Shown piece by piece: positions 8,051 to 16,809 of a stretch of 56,677 bases of DNA (positions are counted from its first letter, which is position 1; the number at the start of each line of letters is the position of its first letter). The position numbers and the translations under genes are program-made. The DNA is taken from positions 1 through 56,677 of the IMG/VR virus record IMGVR_UViG_3300001847_000386. The stretch is one strand, 5' to 3'. This DNA is from a virus (taxonomy: Duplodnaviria > Caudoviricetes). The notes beneath the pieces were generated by a model. It did no database searches. It saw nothing but the letters and a program-made list of their open reading frames with translations, and had not been told where the DNA came from.

Positions 8051-9100
8051 ATGAAAGATTTTAATTTAAAGAAATTCTTATTAGATAATCCTTTAACTAA
8101 TAAAGAATTAAAGTCGGGTAAAATAAACGAAGCATTTGAAGGAGTGGGTGGTGTTTTATCATTACGCCCTGTTAATGAAGCTCCTATGCAACCAAAATAT
8201 TTTGATACTAATGAAGATCCTTGGGGATGGGATAAGCATGTAAAACAAATGAGAGACGATGAAGAAGGCAGACCAAATAAATGGATAGCTGATATTGATC
8301 GTTTGCAACCAAGACATGGTGATTGGATGGCTACATGGGAATATCCAGGAATAATTACTTGGTCTCATCCAGATATTGATAATGCAGTTGTTGTTGCTAC
8401 TCCAGGTTGGGATGGCCCAGGCACTCCAGTAGAATTTCAAAGCGGTGGTGGTTCTAGTCAAATGTTAAAAGTTCTAGATCAAGATCAATTTCCAACTATA
8501 AAAGATTATATCGCTGCAGTTGCTCCTTATCTTGATATGGTAGCTGATGCTAATGATGTGAATGTTGGAGGTTATGAAGATGCGCCTGAAGCAGAATTTC
8601 AAGGAGTACACGAAGCTCACTCTGATCTTTCACAAGATGGAAAAGATTTAGATATTAAACCAGTAATTCATACTGATGATATGAAAGAAGGTCTTCCAAA
8701 TATGAAAACTCTTTTTGTAATGGACTATAGTTCAGGAAAAGTATTTTCTAAAATGGTTCCAGCAGATATGCAATCAGAAGAGATAGAGAGTATGTTAGCT
8801 GATGAATATGGAATGCTTCCTAATGATATTTACTATATGGTTACTAATTCAAGTGAGGTAGAAGATCTTGATGATGCAAATATGATGGAAGGCAGTATGG
8901 TATTTGACAAAGGTTGGCAATATGATGATGATGAAGAAGATTTAGATTTAACTAGAATTGATGGTCTTATAGATCAAAGAGAGCTTGCAAAATATTCAGA
9001 AGCTGTTTTAGCAATTGCACAAGATTTACAAGATCATGGATTTGAAATATATGATATTAAAGGTTTCTTGAAATCACAACTTGATAAAATTATCATGTAG
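8051..9100 (+). CDS. acidic multi-module protein, putative head-internal polyprotein
   Basis: MKDFNLKKFLLDN leader; modules separated by INE/VNE/VHE/MKE/MME sites. Confidence 0.7.
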   Translation: MKDFNLKKFLLDNPLTNKELKSGKINEAFEGVGGVLSLRPVNEAPMQPKYFDTNEDPWGWDKHVKQMRDDEEGRPNKWIADIDRLQPRHGDWMATWEYPGIITWSHPDIDNAVVVATPGWDGPGTPVEFQSGGGSSQMLKVLDQDQFPTIKDYIAAVAPYLDMVADANDVNVGGYEDAPEAEFQGVHEAHSDLSQDGKDLDIKPVIHTDDMKEGLPNMKTLFVMDYSSGKVFSKMVPADMQSEEIESMLADEYGMLPNDIYYMVTNSSEVEDLDDANMMEGSMVFDKGWQYDDDEEDLDLTRIDGLIDQRELAKYSEAVLAIAQDLQDHGFEIYDIKGFLKSQLDKIIM

Positions 9101-9130
9101 TTAATAAAAAATAATATATGCTAAATAAAT

Positions 9131-9153
9131 AAGCCCCTTTATTGGGGCTTTTT
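9131..9153 (+). terminator. Rho-independent terminator
   Basis: AAGCCCC-TTTATT-GGGGCTT followed by a T run. Confidence 0.8.
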
Positions 9154-9228
9154 ATATTTTTCAAAATATTTATTATAGGTAATTAGTGCTTTTAAAAAGC
9201 ATTATTTTTAACTAAAAACAAATAAAAA

Positions 9229-9390
9229 ATGAAAAGAGAACAAATCATGGGTATTATCCGCCACACTTTAACTTTTATTGGTGGTATCCTAGTAATCAAA
9301 GGTGTAACTACAGAAGCTGCTAGCCAAGAAGCAATCGGAGCAGTAATGACCGCAGTTGGTGCTGTATGGTCAGTTATCAGTAACAAGTAA
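9229..9390 (+). CDS. putative holin (Pam3-gp28-like, 53 aa); not in ORF track
   Basis: MKREQIMGIIRHTLTFIGGILVIKGVTTEAASQEAIGAVMTAVGAVWSVISNK*: two hydrophobic segments, with RH and WS motifs. Confidence 0.7.
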   Translation: MKREQIMGIIRHTLTFIGGILVIKGVTTEAASQEAIGAVMTAVGAVWSVISNK

Positions 9391-9417
9391 GAAAAAATTG
9401 TTTATACTTCAAATTTA

Positions 9418-9441
9418 AAGCCCCCTTTTTGGGGGTTTTTT
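9418..9441 (+). terminator. Rho-independent terminator
   Basis: AAGCCCCC-TTTTT-GGGGGTTT then Ts. Confidence 0.8.
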
Positions 9442-9467
9442 AGTATATTATAAATAAAAAATAATCT

Positions 9468-10640
9468 ATGAGCCTACTTACAATGACAGAGTATTACCCA
9501 GAATTTTTGCGCTATTATAATTTAGCAAAAATCCAACAAGAAGAGTGCAATTTAGGACTTATTCCACATGCGGAGTCCTCTATTCAAGATGAACTTATGA
9601 AGCATGTAGAACTATATGATGTGGTTGAGCGTAAATATGCTGGATTCTCTCAGATAGTGAATGATATATTTTATGGTTGGACTGAGGAGCATCCTTATTG
9701 GCAGAGAATGGAAGCCGGTTTAGCATCAGAACCAAGAAAAAAGATTGCTCCTTTATGGACTGGTAAAAAAGCCAGACTAAATACTGAGGTATGGTTCTTT
9801 TTATTTCTAGTTCATCGTCTTACGGGATCCGCTATTAACTATGCTAAGAAGCCTAGTGGTTATCATAATAGTATTTTATTTGATCTACATGAGTGTGATA
9901 CTATTCCTCAAATGGTTGAAAAAATAAAAAATCGTATTTCTCCATTCTATACTTCTGTCGGTTATCAAATTGCTGCGTTTCCAAAACCTGAGGGAAATTA
10001 TAAAAGAGGTGGTGATTATTTTATATGTGAACATGTACCTCAATTAGCAGTTGATGTATTAGCATTCTTAGAAAAAGGAGGAACTAAAAAAGACTTTAGA
10101 CAAGTTGGTGAGTTCATGTTTGCTTGGAATAAAGAGAGAGGGTTTAAAGTATTTAGATTTCAATACTCAGCATTTATTGCAGATGTTGCAGATTGGTTTC
10201 CAGAATATATAAATAAAGAGAGTCCTTTTTATTATGGTACAAATGCTATTGAGTGTTTAAATTACCTAGCTAAAAAATATAAAGGCATTCCACAAGAAGC
10301 ATTTTTAGATCAAATAACAAGAAAGATTTATGAAGATACAGGCGCATTTCCATATAATAGTGAGGATGTGACTTGTGATTTTATTAGATACGTAGAAAAT
10401 TATGTAAAACCAGGGGATGACTACAGACACTTAGATTATGATAATCTTTGGAATAGTTGCGGAATTAAAAATCATCCTTATGGTAGACAAAAAGCTATGT
10501 TAGATCTTGCACTAGTTCCAACATTTAAAGATATAACAGATCATCCATCAGATAATAAAATATTGAAATCAGTGGGATTGACAGAGATTGAATATAAAGA
10601 GAAGGTAAATGTACTCTATAATTCAGGTATTTTTTTATAG
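9468..10640 (+). CDS. putative DNA base-hypermodification enzyme (aGPT-Pplase/amino acid:DNA transferase-like, HhH-glycosylase-like fold)
   Basis: F-x-x-x-x-x-x-x-D, YYGTNA, EDVTCD and FIRY segments parallel the aGPT-Pplase pattern; recognised by eye only. Confidence 0.45.
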   Translation: MSLLTMTEYYPEFLRYYNLAKIQQEECNLGLIPHAESSIQDELMKHVELYDVVERKYAGFSQIVNDIFYGWTEEHPYWQRMEAGLASEPRKKIAPLWTGKKARLNTEVWFFLFLVHRLTGSAINYAKKPSGYHNSILFDLHECDTIPQMVEKIKNRISPFYTSVGYQIAAFPKPEGNYKRGGDYFICEHVPQLAVDVLAFLEKGGTKKDFRQVGEFMFAWNKERGFKVFRFQYSAFIADVADWFPEYINKESPFYYGTNAIECLNYLAKKYKGIPQEAFLDQITRKIYEDTGAFPYNSEDVTCDFIRYVENYVKPGDDYRHLDYDNLWNSCGIKNHPYGRQKAMLDLALVPTFKDITDHPSDNKILKSVGLTEIEYKEKVNVLYNSGIFL

Positions 10641-10658
10641 TAGAAAATATTTATTAAT

Positions 10659-11057
10659 ATGAAACTACTAGAATTGTTACTAGAAAATAATAATGTAAAA
10701 TTACAACCTATTACGCCAAATAGATTTGTTTATCATAAATCAAATCCAATATTTAGAGACTCAATATCAAAACAAGGCATAATTCCAAAAGGAAAAAGTG
10801 ATGCTTGGCTATCAAATACTCCAATTAGTGGTAAAGTAATATTTGCTACTAATAGTGACAATGAAAAAGATTGGTTTGATTCAATGTATGATGATGATGT
10901 CTATAGAATAGATACACGGAAAATAAATAATATATGGTATATAGATCCTAATTTTCAAATACAAAACTATAACAAACACATAATTACTTTTGATAAAATA
11001 CCAGTTAGTGCAATAACATTATTATATAAAGGAACAGGAGATTCAATAGAAATTTAG
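10659..11057 (+). CDS. ADP-ribosyltransferase-like (Tpt1/KptA-type fold) protein with leader
   Basis: VYHKS...SISKQGIIP...IFAT...VYRID...DP...IP pattern; MKLLELLLE leader. Confidence 0.55.
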   Translation: MKLLELLLENNNVKLQPITPNRFVYHKSNPIFRDSISKQGIIPKGKSDAWLSNTPISGKVIFATNSDNEKDWFDSMYDDDVYRIDTRKINNIWYIDPNFQIQNYNKHIITFDKIPVSAITLLYKGTGDSIEI

Positions 11058-11069
11058 ATATTTATAAGT

Positions 11070-11627
11070 ATGAAATTAATGAACCTACTTTTAGAAGCTG
11101 AAGCTGAGAAGCAAGAAGCTGATATTATGGCTCAACTAAAGGGTCAAATGAATGATCTAGTTAAAAATATAGATACTACATTACAAAATCAATCTGAGGA
11201 ACAAAATGAGAGCTTATTAACTGCAGCAGGAATAGCGGTGGCAATGCCAGCAATTTTAGGTTTAGTATCTAAATTTGGAAAATCTGCCTCTTCAGTAATA
11301 AATAAAATAATGGGTAAAAAACCCACAGAGAAAGAACAAGAAGAAAATTGGTTTAATAAACTTGGTAAAATTGCAGATGATCTACATCATTTATATCAAG
11401 CTCCAATAGAAAAACTTATATCTAAATTTGTTAAAGATCCAACTAAAGCAAAAAAAGTATCTCATTTTTTATTCCATGTAATAGTTGCTATAATGCTTAT
11501 TGCATCAGGAGTTACAGCTGTAAAAGCTTTAAAATCAAAAGAGGTGTCTATAGCAACTTTAGAAACTGCTATTGCCACAATAAAAAGTGGTGAAATTAAA
11601 AAGTATATATCTAAATTATTAGTATAA
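11070..11627 (+). CDS. hypothetical protein with two hydrophobic helices and leader
   Basis: MKLMNLLLEAE leader; LLTAAGIAVAMPAILGLV and FLFHVIVAIMLIASGV segments. Confidence 0.7.
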   Translation: MKLMNLLLEAEAEKQEADIMAQLKGQMNDLVKNIDTTLQNQSEEQNESLLTAAGIAVAMPAILGLVSKFGKSASSVINKIMGKKPTEKEQEENWFNKLGKIADDLHHLYQAPIEKLISKFVKDPTKAKKVSHFLFHVIVAIMLIASGVTAVKALKSKEVSIATLETAIATIKSGEIKKYISKLLV

Positions 11628-12433
11628 TGATCTGTTTAACAGATATATTATTTGAAGTACTAAAAGAAAAGCGCACTGGCGCAAAAAATAAAGCACCACA
11701 AGGAGTATTATTCTTGACATCTAAAAAAATATTAGTGGGAGATAATCACTTTGATCCTGTAGAATTATCTGAAGAATTATTTAATACTATTTTATCCGTT
11801 GGTAAAACATATGGTTATTATGGTGAAGGTATAGGTATAGAATATAACAAAGGAGTTATGAGTTCAGATATATATAAAGCTTTAAAAGACAGCGGTGCTA
11901 AATATAAAGGTTCTTGGGATGATAAAGTCAAAATACCTAAAGAAGAAAAATACGCGTATATAGCAACTTACTTTTCTAATCCCTCAGAAAACCATAGAGT
12001 GCCAACTTTAATGTCTAAAGTAAAAGACGGTGATACTATTTTTAGCCTGTTATCTAGAACATTCGATGACTATACTCAACCTGGCTTAAATTTAACTTCA
12101 GAAGACCTGAAGAGGTTCTTACAGGAAATGAGTGAAAAGGGTATTGACTTTCTGGAACTATCTAAGCAACCAGTAACAAAAGAAGCATTACAAGACTTCA
12201 CTGACAAGGGTGAAGCCTTAATGTGGCCAGATAACTGGGAAGAATATCCAAACAAAGCAGGTAAATTAGCTAGAAGAGAAACTATTATAAGAGATACATG
12301 GCTTATAGAAAAAGCACCATCAGGTATCTATTTTATAGGTTCTGGACATTTAAAAGACATTTCAAAAATGTCTAAAATAAAAATTATAGATGGAAGCAAA
12401 ATAGGAAGTAGATCTTCAGCTGATATAAAATAA
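11627..12433 (+). CDS. TraB/Tiki-superfamily-like metalloenzyme with leader
   Basis: VGDNH, GEG, RDTW and C-terminal IGSGHL motifs; MICLTDILFE leader. Confidence 0.45.
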   Translation: MICLTDILFEVLKEKRTGAKNKAPQGVLFLTSKKILVGDNHFDPVELSEELFNTILSVGKTYGYYGEGIGIEYNKGVMSSDIYKALKDSGAKYKGSWDDKVKIPKEEKYAYIATYFSNPSENHRVPTLMSKVKDGDTIFSLLSRTFDDYTQPGLNLTSEDLKRFLQEMSEKGIDFLELSKQPVTKEALQDFTDKGEALMWPDNWEEYPNKAGKLARRETIIRDTWLIEKAPSGIYFIGSGHLKDISKMSKIKIIDGSKIGSRSSADIK

Positions 12434-12486
12434 ACTATAATTAAATTAACAGATATAAATTATTAAATATTTATTAAAAAAACACA

Positions 12487-13458
12487 ATGAAGAAAAACAT
12501 AGCGCTTTTAAAAATGATTCTTGAAAACATTAAAGAAGCAGAATTAGATACTCCAATAGGTAAAGTAGATACAGATATATTTAAAGGTAAATTATCTGCT
12601 GTAGATCCAGCTAAAGCAAAAGCTGCTGTAAAAGCAGGTAAAAAAGACGGATCTGAAAAAGACGATAAAGCAATCGCATCGAAAATTACAAAAAATTTCT
12701 CAGTTGCTGCATCTAGCTTAAAACCAGGACAAACAGAAGTTATTCCTGAAAAAGCTGCTGCAATTGCAATTGGCATGTTAAATTCAGGAAAAGTTGGAGG
12801 TCCATTAGGAGCTATCATTTCTGGAGATATGCATATCATGGATGGTCACCATCGTTGGGCAGCTACAGTATTAGTTAATCCTGGAGCAAGCGTTAGTGGT
12901 CTAAAAATTGATGTTCCTGGTGAAGCTTTAGTTGGTATTTTAAATGTATATACTAAAGGAGCCTTAGGAAGACAAAAAGGAAATCCTGGTAAAGGAAATG
13001 TAAAAGAATTTACTAAAGATAAAATAGCAGCTGTATTAGATGGCTATATGAAAAATGGATGCAAGATTGGTGTAGTAGACGATAAAGGTGGATACAGTGA
13101 AAAAGATATTGATGGAGAAGAGGTTAAAAAGATCTTAGGTAAAATGAAAGGAGCTAATGGAGATGCAAACAAAGGAAAAGATTTAATGTCTAGTAATGCA
13201 GATAAATTAAATAAACAAATTCCTAGTTGGGCACCACCAAGAGTTGATATGCCGGTAATTAATTCAGACGAATTGAATACTTTGGTTAAAAAATTAGAGA
13301 GTGGTGAATTTGATATTGTTGCTCCATACTCAAAAGATGTTAAAAATGCAAAAGCTCCAGAAGGAGGTGAAGAAGAAAAAACAGACGTAAAAGAATTTAG
13401 ACAATCGCTTCAAGAGGTACTCAGAATGAAAAAATTAGCAGGTATTAATAAGAAATAA
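12487..13458 (+). CDS. ParB/Srx-like domain protein, putative head-internal
   Basis: IMDGHHRWAA motif; C-terminal LQEVLRMKKLAGI. Confidence 0.65.
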   Translation: MKKNIALLKMILENIKEAELDTPIGKVDTDIFKGKLSAVDPAKAKAAVKAGKKDGSEKDDKAIASKITKNFSVAASSLKPGQTEVIPEKAAAIAIGMLNSGKVGGPLGAIISGDMHIMDGHHRWAATVLVNPGASVSGLKIDVPGEALVGILNVYTKGALGRQKGNPGKGNVKEFTKDKIAAVLDGYMKNGCKIGVVDDKGGYSEKDIDGEEVKKILGKMKGANGDANKGKDLMSSNADKLNKQIPSWAPPRVDMPVINSDELNTLVKKLESGEFDIVAPYSKDVKNAKAPEGGEEEKTDVKEFRQSLQEVLRMKKLAGINKK

Positions 13459-13483
13459 GATTAAAACATTCTATAAATGAATT

Positions 13484-13509
13484 GGGAGCTTGTGGTAGCT
13501 CCCTTTTTT
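13484..13509 (+). terminator. Rho-independent terminator
   Basis: GGGAGCT-TGTGGT-AGCTCCC-TTTTTT. Confidence 0.85.
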
Positions 13510-13584
13510 ATTTTCCAATGGTTTGCATTCCAACTAGATTTGGATGCGCAGGATCGAGCCCAATACGGCCACAAATAGCTTTAT

Positions 13585-13632
13585 AAGTGATTGATTATCA
13601 ACTAGTTATAACTTATTGATTTTCAACAAGTT
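13585..13632. repeat. Tandem palindromic operator-like repeats (25-nt period)
   Basis: AAGTGA-TTGATTATCAA-CTAGTT and AACTTA-TTGATTTTCAA-CAAGTT. Confidence 0.6.
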
Positions 13633-13708
13633 GTATAACATCTTTTCTATAATATATTTAATAAAATTTAGCTAATATATTGACAGTCTGTATATTTATA
13701 ATAAAAAT

Positions 13709-14425
13709 ATGAATTATAAAAAAATATATGATCAAATAATTGAAAGAGGAAAAAATAGATCTTTAAACGGATATAAAGAATGCCATCATATTATTCCAAA
13801 ATGTTTAGGTGGGAATAATGATAAAAATAACTTAGTAGATTTAACTGCAAGAGAACATTTTTTATGTCATTGGTTATTACATGAAATATATCCTGATAAT
13901 AAGAAATTATTTGTTGCGTTTCATATGATGTGTCAAATAAATAACTATCATAAATTATATTTTACACCTAGCTCTAGATTAGTCGATTATTGTAGAAAAC
14001 AACATGCAAATAATTTATCAGGAATAAAGAAACCTGATCACTCAATTAAAATGAGTGGTATTAATAATCCAATGTATGGGAAAAAGGGAAATCTTAATCC
14101 TAATTATGGCAAAAAAAGACCTGATTTTAGTAAAAAAATGAAAGGTAAAAAAAGACCTCCATTTTCACAAGAGTGGAAGAAAAAAATGAGTTTAAGTAAA
14201 ATAGGAAAAAACTTAGGTGATCAGAATCCTATGAATAATGAATCTGTAAAAGAAAAGTTTTATAAAAAAATAAATCAATATGATTTAAATGGAAATTATA
14301 TTAAATCATGGAATAGTATTAAAGAAGCAGGTATTACTTTAAATATACATAGAAGTAACATAACATTGTGTTGCCAAGGAAAATATAAAAAAGCTGGGAA
14401 TTATATTTGGAAATATATTAATTAA
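13709..14425 (+). CDS. HNH homing endonuclease with NUMOD3/NUMOD1 DNA-binding repeats
   Basis: ECHHIIPKCLGG..N..NLVDLTAREHFLCH; NPMYGK/NPNYGK repeats; INQYDLNGNYIKSWNSIKEA...CC.GK...AGNYIWKY. Confidence 0.9.
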   Translation: MNYKKIYDQIIERGKNRSLNGYKECHHIIPKCLGGNNDKNNLVDLTAREHFLCHWLLHEIYPDNKKLFVAFHMMCQINNYHKLYFTPSSRLVDYCRKQHANNLSGIKKPDHSIKMSGINNPMYGKKGNLNPNYGKKRPDFSKKMKGKKRPPFSQEWKKKMSLSKIGKNLGDQNPMNNESVKEKFYKKINQYDLNGNYIKSWNSIKEAGITLNIHRSNITLCCQGKYKKAGNYIWKYIN

Positions 14426-14862
14426 ACTGCATCCTTTTTAAAAAAGCGACCTAAAATAGTCTCATTATAACTATCGCATCTTAAAACATCATATTTGAAT
14501 TGATAGTATACTTCCCAATATGTTAGTGATTTCTTACTAAAGCAAAATTGAATAATCTCTCTTGTAAATTTATGAGGACCTAATGCCTTGACATCAGCAA
14601 GCAATAATTTAGAACTGCCATAATAAGTAGACCAATTACTCTCTTTTATTTCTTTCTTTTTAGTGGGAACTTTACCTGGTTTTTCCCAAGCTTCTCTTTC
14701 CTTAATTGTGAGTTTTTTTGTGAGTAGATTTCTAAGGATCTTTTTACCTATATACATTTTTCCTGTCTCTATATTAGAGATCTTGTATATAAATCCTATG
14801 CAGTCTTGAGGGAACTGTTGTATTGAGATATAATCATCTCCATTATATAACCAATTTGTCAT
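14422..14862 (-). CDS. GIY-YIG endonuclease
   Basis: GFIYKI...MYIGKK, W..YYGSS, WE and YN motifs. Confidence 0.85.
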   Translation of the reverse strand: MTNWLYNGDDYISIQQFPQDCIGFIYKISNIETGKMYIGKKILRNLLTKKLTIKEREAWEKPGKVPTKKKEIKESNWSTYYGSSKLLLADVKALGPHKFTREIIQFCFSKKSLTYWEVYYQFKYDVLRCDSYNETILGRFFKKDAV

Positions 14863-14880
14863 AAACTTTATTATAAATAT

Positions 14881-15096
14881 CTAGCTATCCCATCTCACAA
14901 CAAATGTAATATCTGTGTTTGCAGGAATAGGATATGGTTGAGCTAATTTCCCAACAACTAGCAATTCATTTCTTTCATTATATAAACCAATGCATGTGGC
15001 ATAAGGTTTGAAATCAGATCCAGTTAAATTATCTTTTAAAACACCTGATAGATTAGGTGTAGATCCTCCTTGGAATTGTCCTACTATTATATCCAT
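14881..15096 (-). CDS. C-terminal fragment of baseplate/tail-fibre-base protein
   Basis: PYATCIGLYNERNELLVVGKLAQP aligns with the C-terminus of 20783..21826 (TYITTVGMYNNANELLAVAKLSKP). Confidence 0.7.
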   Translation of the reverse strand: MDIIVGQFQGGSTPNLSGVLKDNLTGSDFKPYATCIGLYNERNELLVVGKLAQPYPIPANTDITFVVRWDS

Positions 15097-15107
15097 GATT
15101 AATTATT

Positions 15108-16307
15108 TTATGCTTTCCAAACTATCCAATCAATACCTAAATTTTGAACAGCCCCAGTCCACTCATTAAAATATACAGTAGCTGATGTTGCGGTTTTTGA
15201 TGTAATACAATATCCCATTGCTGCTGTTTGGCCTATATGAGTACCATCTTGACATATAAATGAAAGAGTCAATATATAATTAGTAGTTCCTATATTTGTA
15301 TTAAAATTAATAGTAGTAGATCCTGGTGCAATATCTCCAACAGATTTATATCCATGATCCACAGGTTTTAAAGCTGGTATATCATTAGTTAGCGCTATAG
15401 TACCATCTTTATCAGGTAAGGTATAGAAGCGATTTCCTGTTAAACTATCTGGTACTAAAAGTCCTGTATTTAAAGTGCCATTTCTATTTACTCCAAACCA
15501 GCCTTGAGCCCAAACAAATCCAGGAGTGTTAGCTTTTAAACTAAAATTACCAGTTCCCACATTTTGGATAGATAATTCTCCATTCGTGCCTGGACCTCTT
15601 ATGACTCTAGCTTCAAAGTCTGTTCCAGCTTTTGAGTGAAAATCTATAAATGAGTAACCATCGCCCGTTCTTGATTGTCCTAATTCTATACTTGCATCAC
15701 CAGTTGTTACTCCAGTTCCTGTTATTATACTTGGCCCTACAAGTAAATTACCTACTACATTTCCTTCTCCATTAATAGTGGCATTTCCAGTCACAGTGGC
15801 ATTTCCTAATACTTTTGCAGATCCTGTTACAGAGGTATCACCATTAATACGTAAACTTCCAGTTATAGATTGGTTACTTGATGAACTACCAGTAGTGATA
15901 TATTTACTAGCATCTAAAGTTGTTATTTTATTATCTACATAGGTTTTAACAGCATTTTGAGAAGGAGCTACAGCATTGCTAGTACCTAAAGCAGTACTAG
16001 TATTTATTTTTCCATCAACATATACTTTAGCAGCATTCTGAGAAGGGGCTACTGTATTACTAGTGCCTAAAGCAGTATTAGTATCAATTTTAGCATCAAC
16101 ATAAGTTTTAACTGCATTTTGAGATGATATTTCAGTGTTGCTGGTACCTAAATTGGTATCAGTGGAAATGTTATCTAAATTAATTTTACTGTCTATTATA
16201 TCATAGAGCATAGTACCAACTCTATCTGCAGTATTAGCATTAGCTATAGTTTCATTTTTTATTACTCCTGCCTCTGTTGTTAATTGAATATCTGTTAATT
16301 GTGCCAT
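15108..16307 (-). CDS. tail fibre protein
   Basis: IKNETIANANTADRVG N-terminus, three 26-aa repeats (LGTSN..PSQNA.K.YVD), a beta-rich shaft and a small C-terminal beta-sandwich. Confidence 0.75.
   Translation of the reverse strand: MAQLTDIQLTTEAGVIKNETIANANTADRVGTMLYDIIDSKINLDNISTDTNLGTSNTEISSQNAVKTYVDAKIDTNTALGTSNTVAPSQNAAKVYVDGKINTSTALGTSNAVAPSQNAVKTYVDNKITTLDASKYITTGSSSSNQSITGSLRINGDTSVTGSAKVLGNATVTGNATINGEGNVVGNLLVGPSIITGTGVTTGDASIELGQSRTGDGYSFIDFHSKAGTDFEARVIRGPGTNGELSIQNVGTGNFSLKANTPGFVWAQGWFGVNRNGTLNTGLLVPDSLTGNRFYTLPDKDGTIALTNDIPALKPVDHGYKSVGDIAPGSTTINFNTNIGTTNYILTLSFICQDGTHIGQTAAMGYCITSKTATSATVYFNEWTGAVQNLGIDWIVWKA
15930..16170 (-). repeat. Three 78-nt coding repeats in fibre gene
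   Basis: I.T.T.LGTSN....SQNA.K.YVD.K three times. Confidence 0.8.
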
Positions 16308-16313
16308 ATTATA

Positions 16314-16781
16314 TTAATTAAATGTTATATCAAATGTGTCATCAAATACTGGGTCTGGATATGTTACTACCACTATAATTCTAGTTCCACCATTAATAGA
16401 AGCTCCCAGTCCCTCTCTAGCTTCAATTGTTATTAAATTATTTGCCACTGTTACTATATAACCATAACTATTAGCAGCTAACACTAATTGCAGTGCTGAT
16501 GCTATTTGTGATGTTGTTTGTAGCGCACTCAATACAGTGTATGATCCTAAAGATAGCATTCCTAAATCAGGATCATCAATAGAAACATCTATAATTGCAT
16601 GTTGAGGAAGATTATTATTTATACATATTGTTCCTTTTGCATTTGCATATTTCGTAGTTCCGTAAACAGCACTAGGATTTGTTGTATAATTAAAATCATT
16701 CTCACTAACATGACACCTATATTCTTTTTGGTATATAGTTGTTTCCGTTTGGAAAGACACTGTAAAATATTGTGATGCCAT
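16314..16781 (-). CDS. middle fragment of baseplate/fibre-base protein fused to adaptor domain
   Basis: TIYQKEYRCHVSENDFNYTTNPS resembles TISSDYIFVRIKNTEYNYTSNPS of 20783..21826; ends in VFDDTFDITFN. Confidence 0.65.
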   Translation of the reverse strand: MASQYFTVSFQTETTIYQKEYRCHVSENDFNYTTNPSAVYGTTKYANAKGTICINNNLPQHAIIDVSIDDPDLGMLSLGSYTVLSALQTTSQIASALQLVLAANSYGYIVTVANNLITIEAREGLGASINGGTRIIVVVTYPDPVFDDTFDITFN

Positions 16782-16809
16782 ATATTATAAATATAACTTA
16801 CTCAATTTT

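Noticed and set aside
9192-9386. 64-aa minus ORF
   Set aside because: Shadow of the + strand holin-like gene 9229..9390, which has the promoter motif and terminator in the right orientation.
13585-13632. Mini CRISPR array
   Set aside because: Only two degenerate units with essentially no spacer; no cas genes. The 42648 nuclease lacks Cas4 Fe-S cysteines.
14873-14880. Canonical T4 late promoter TATAAATA driving + strand transcription
   Set aside because: These copies sit upstream of - strand genes, so the functional orientation appears to be ATATTTAT.
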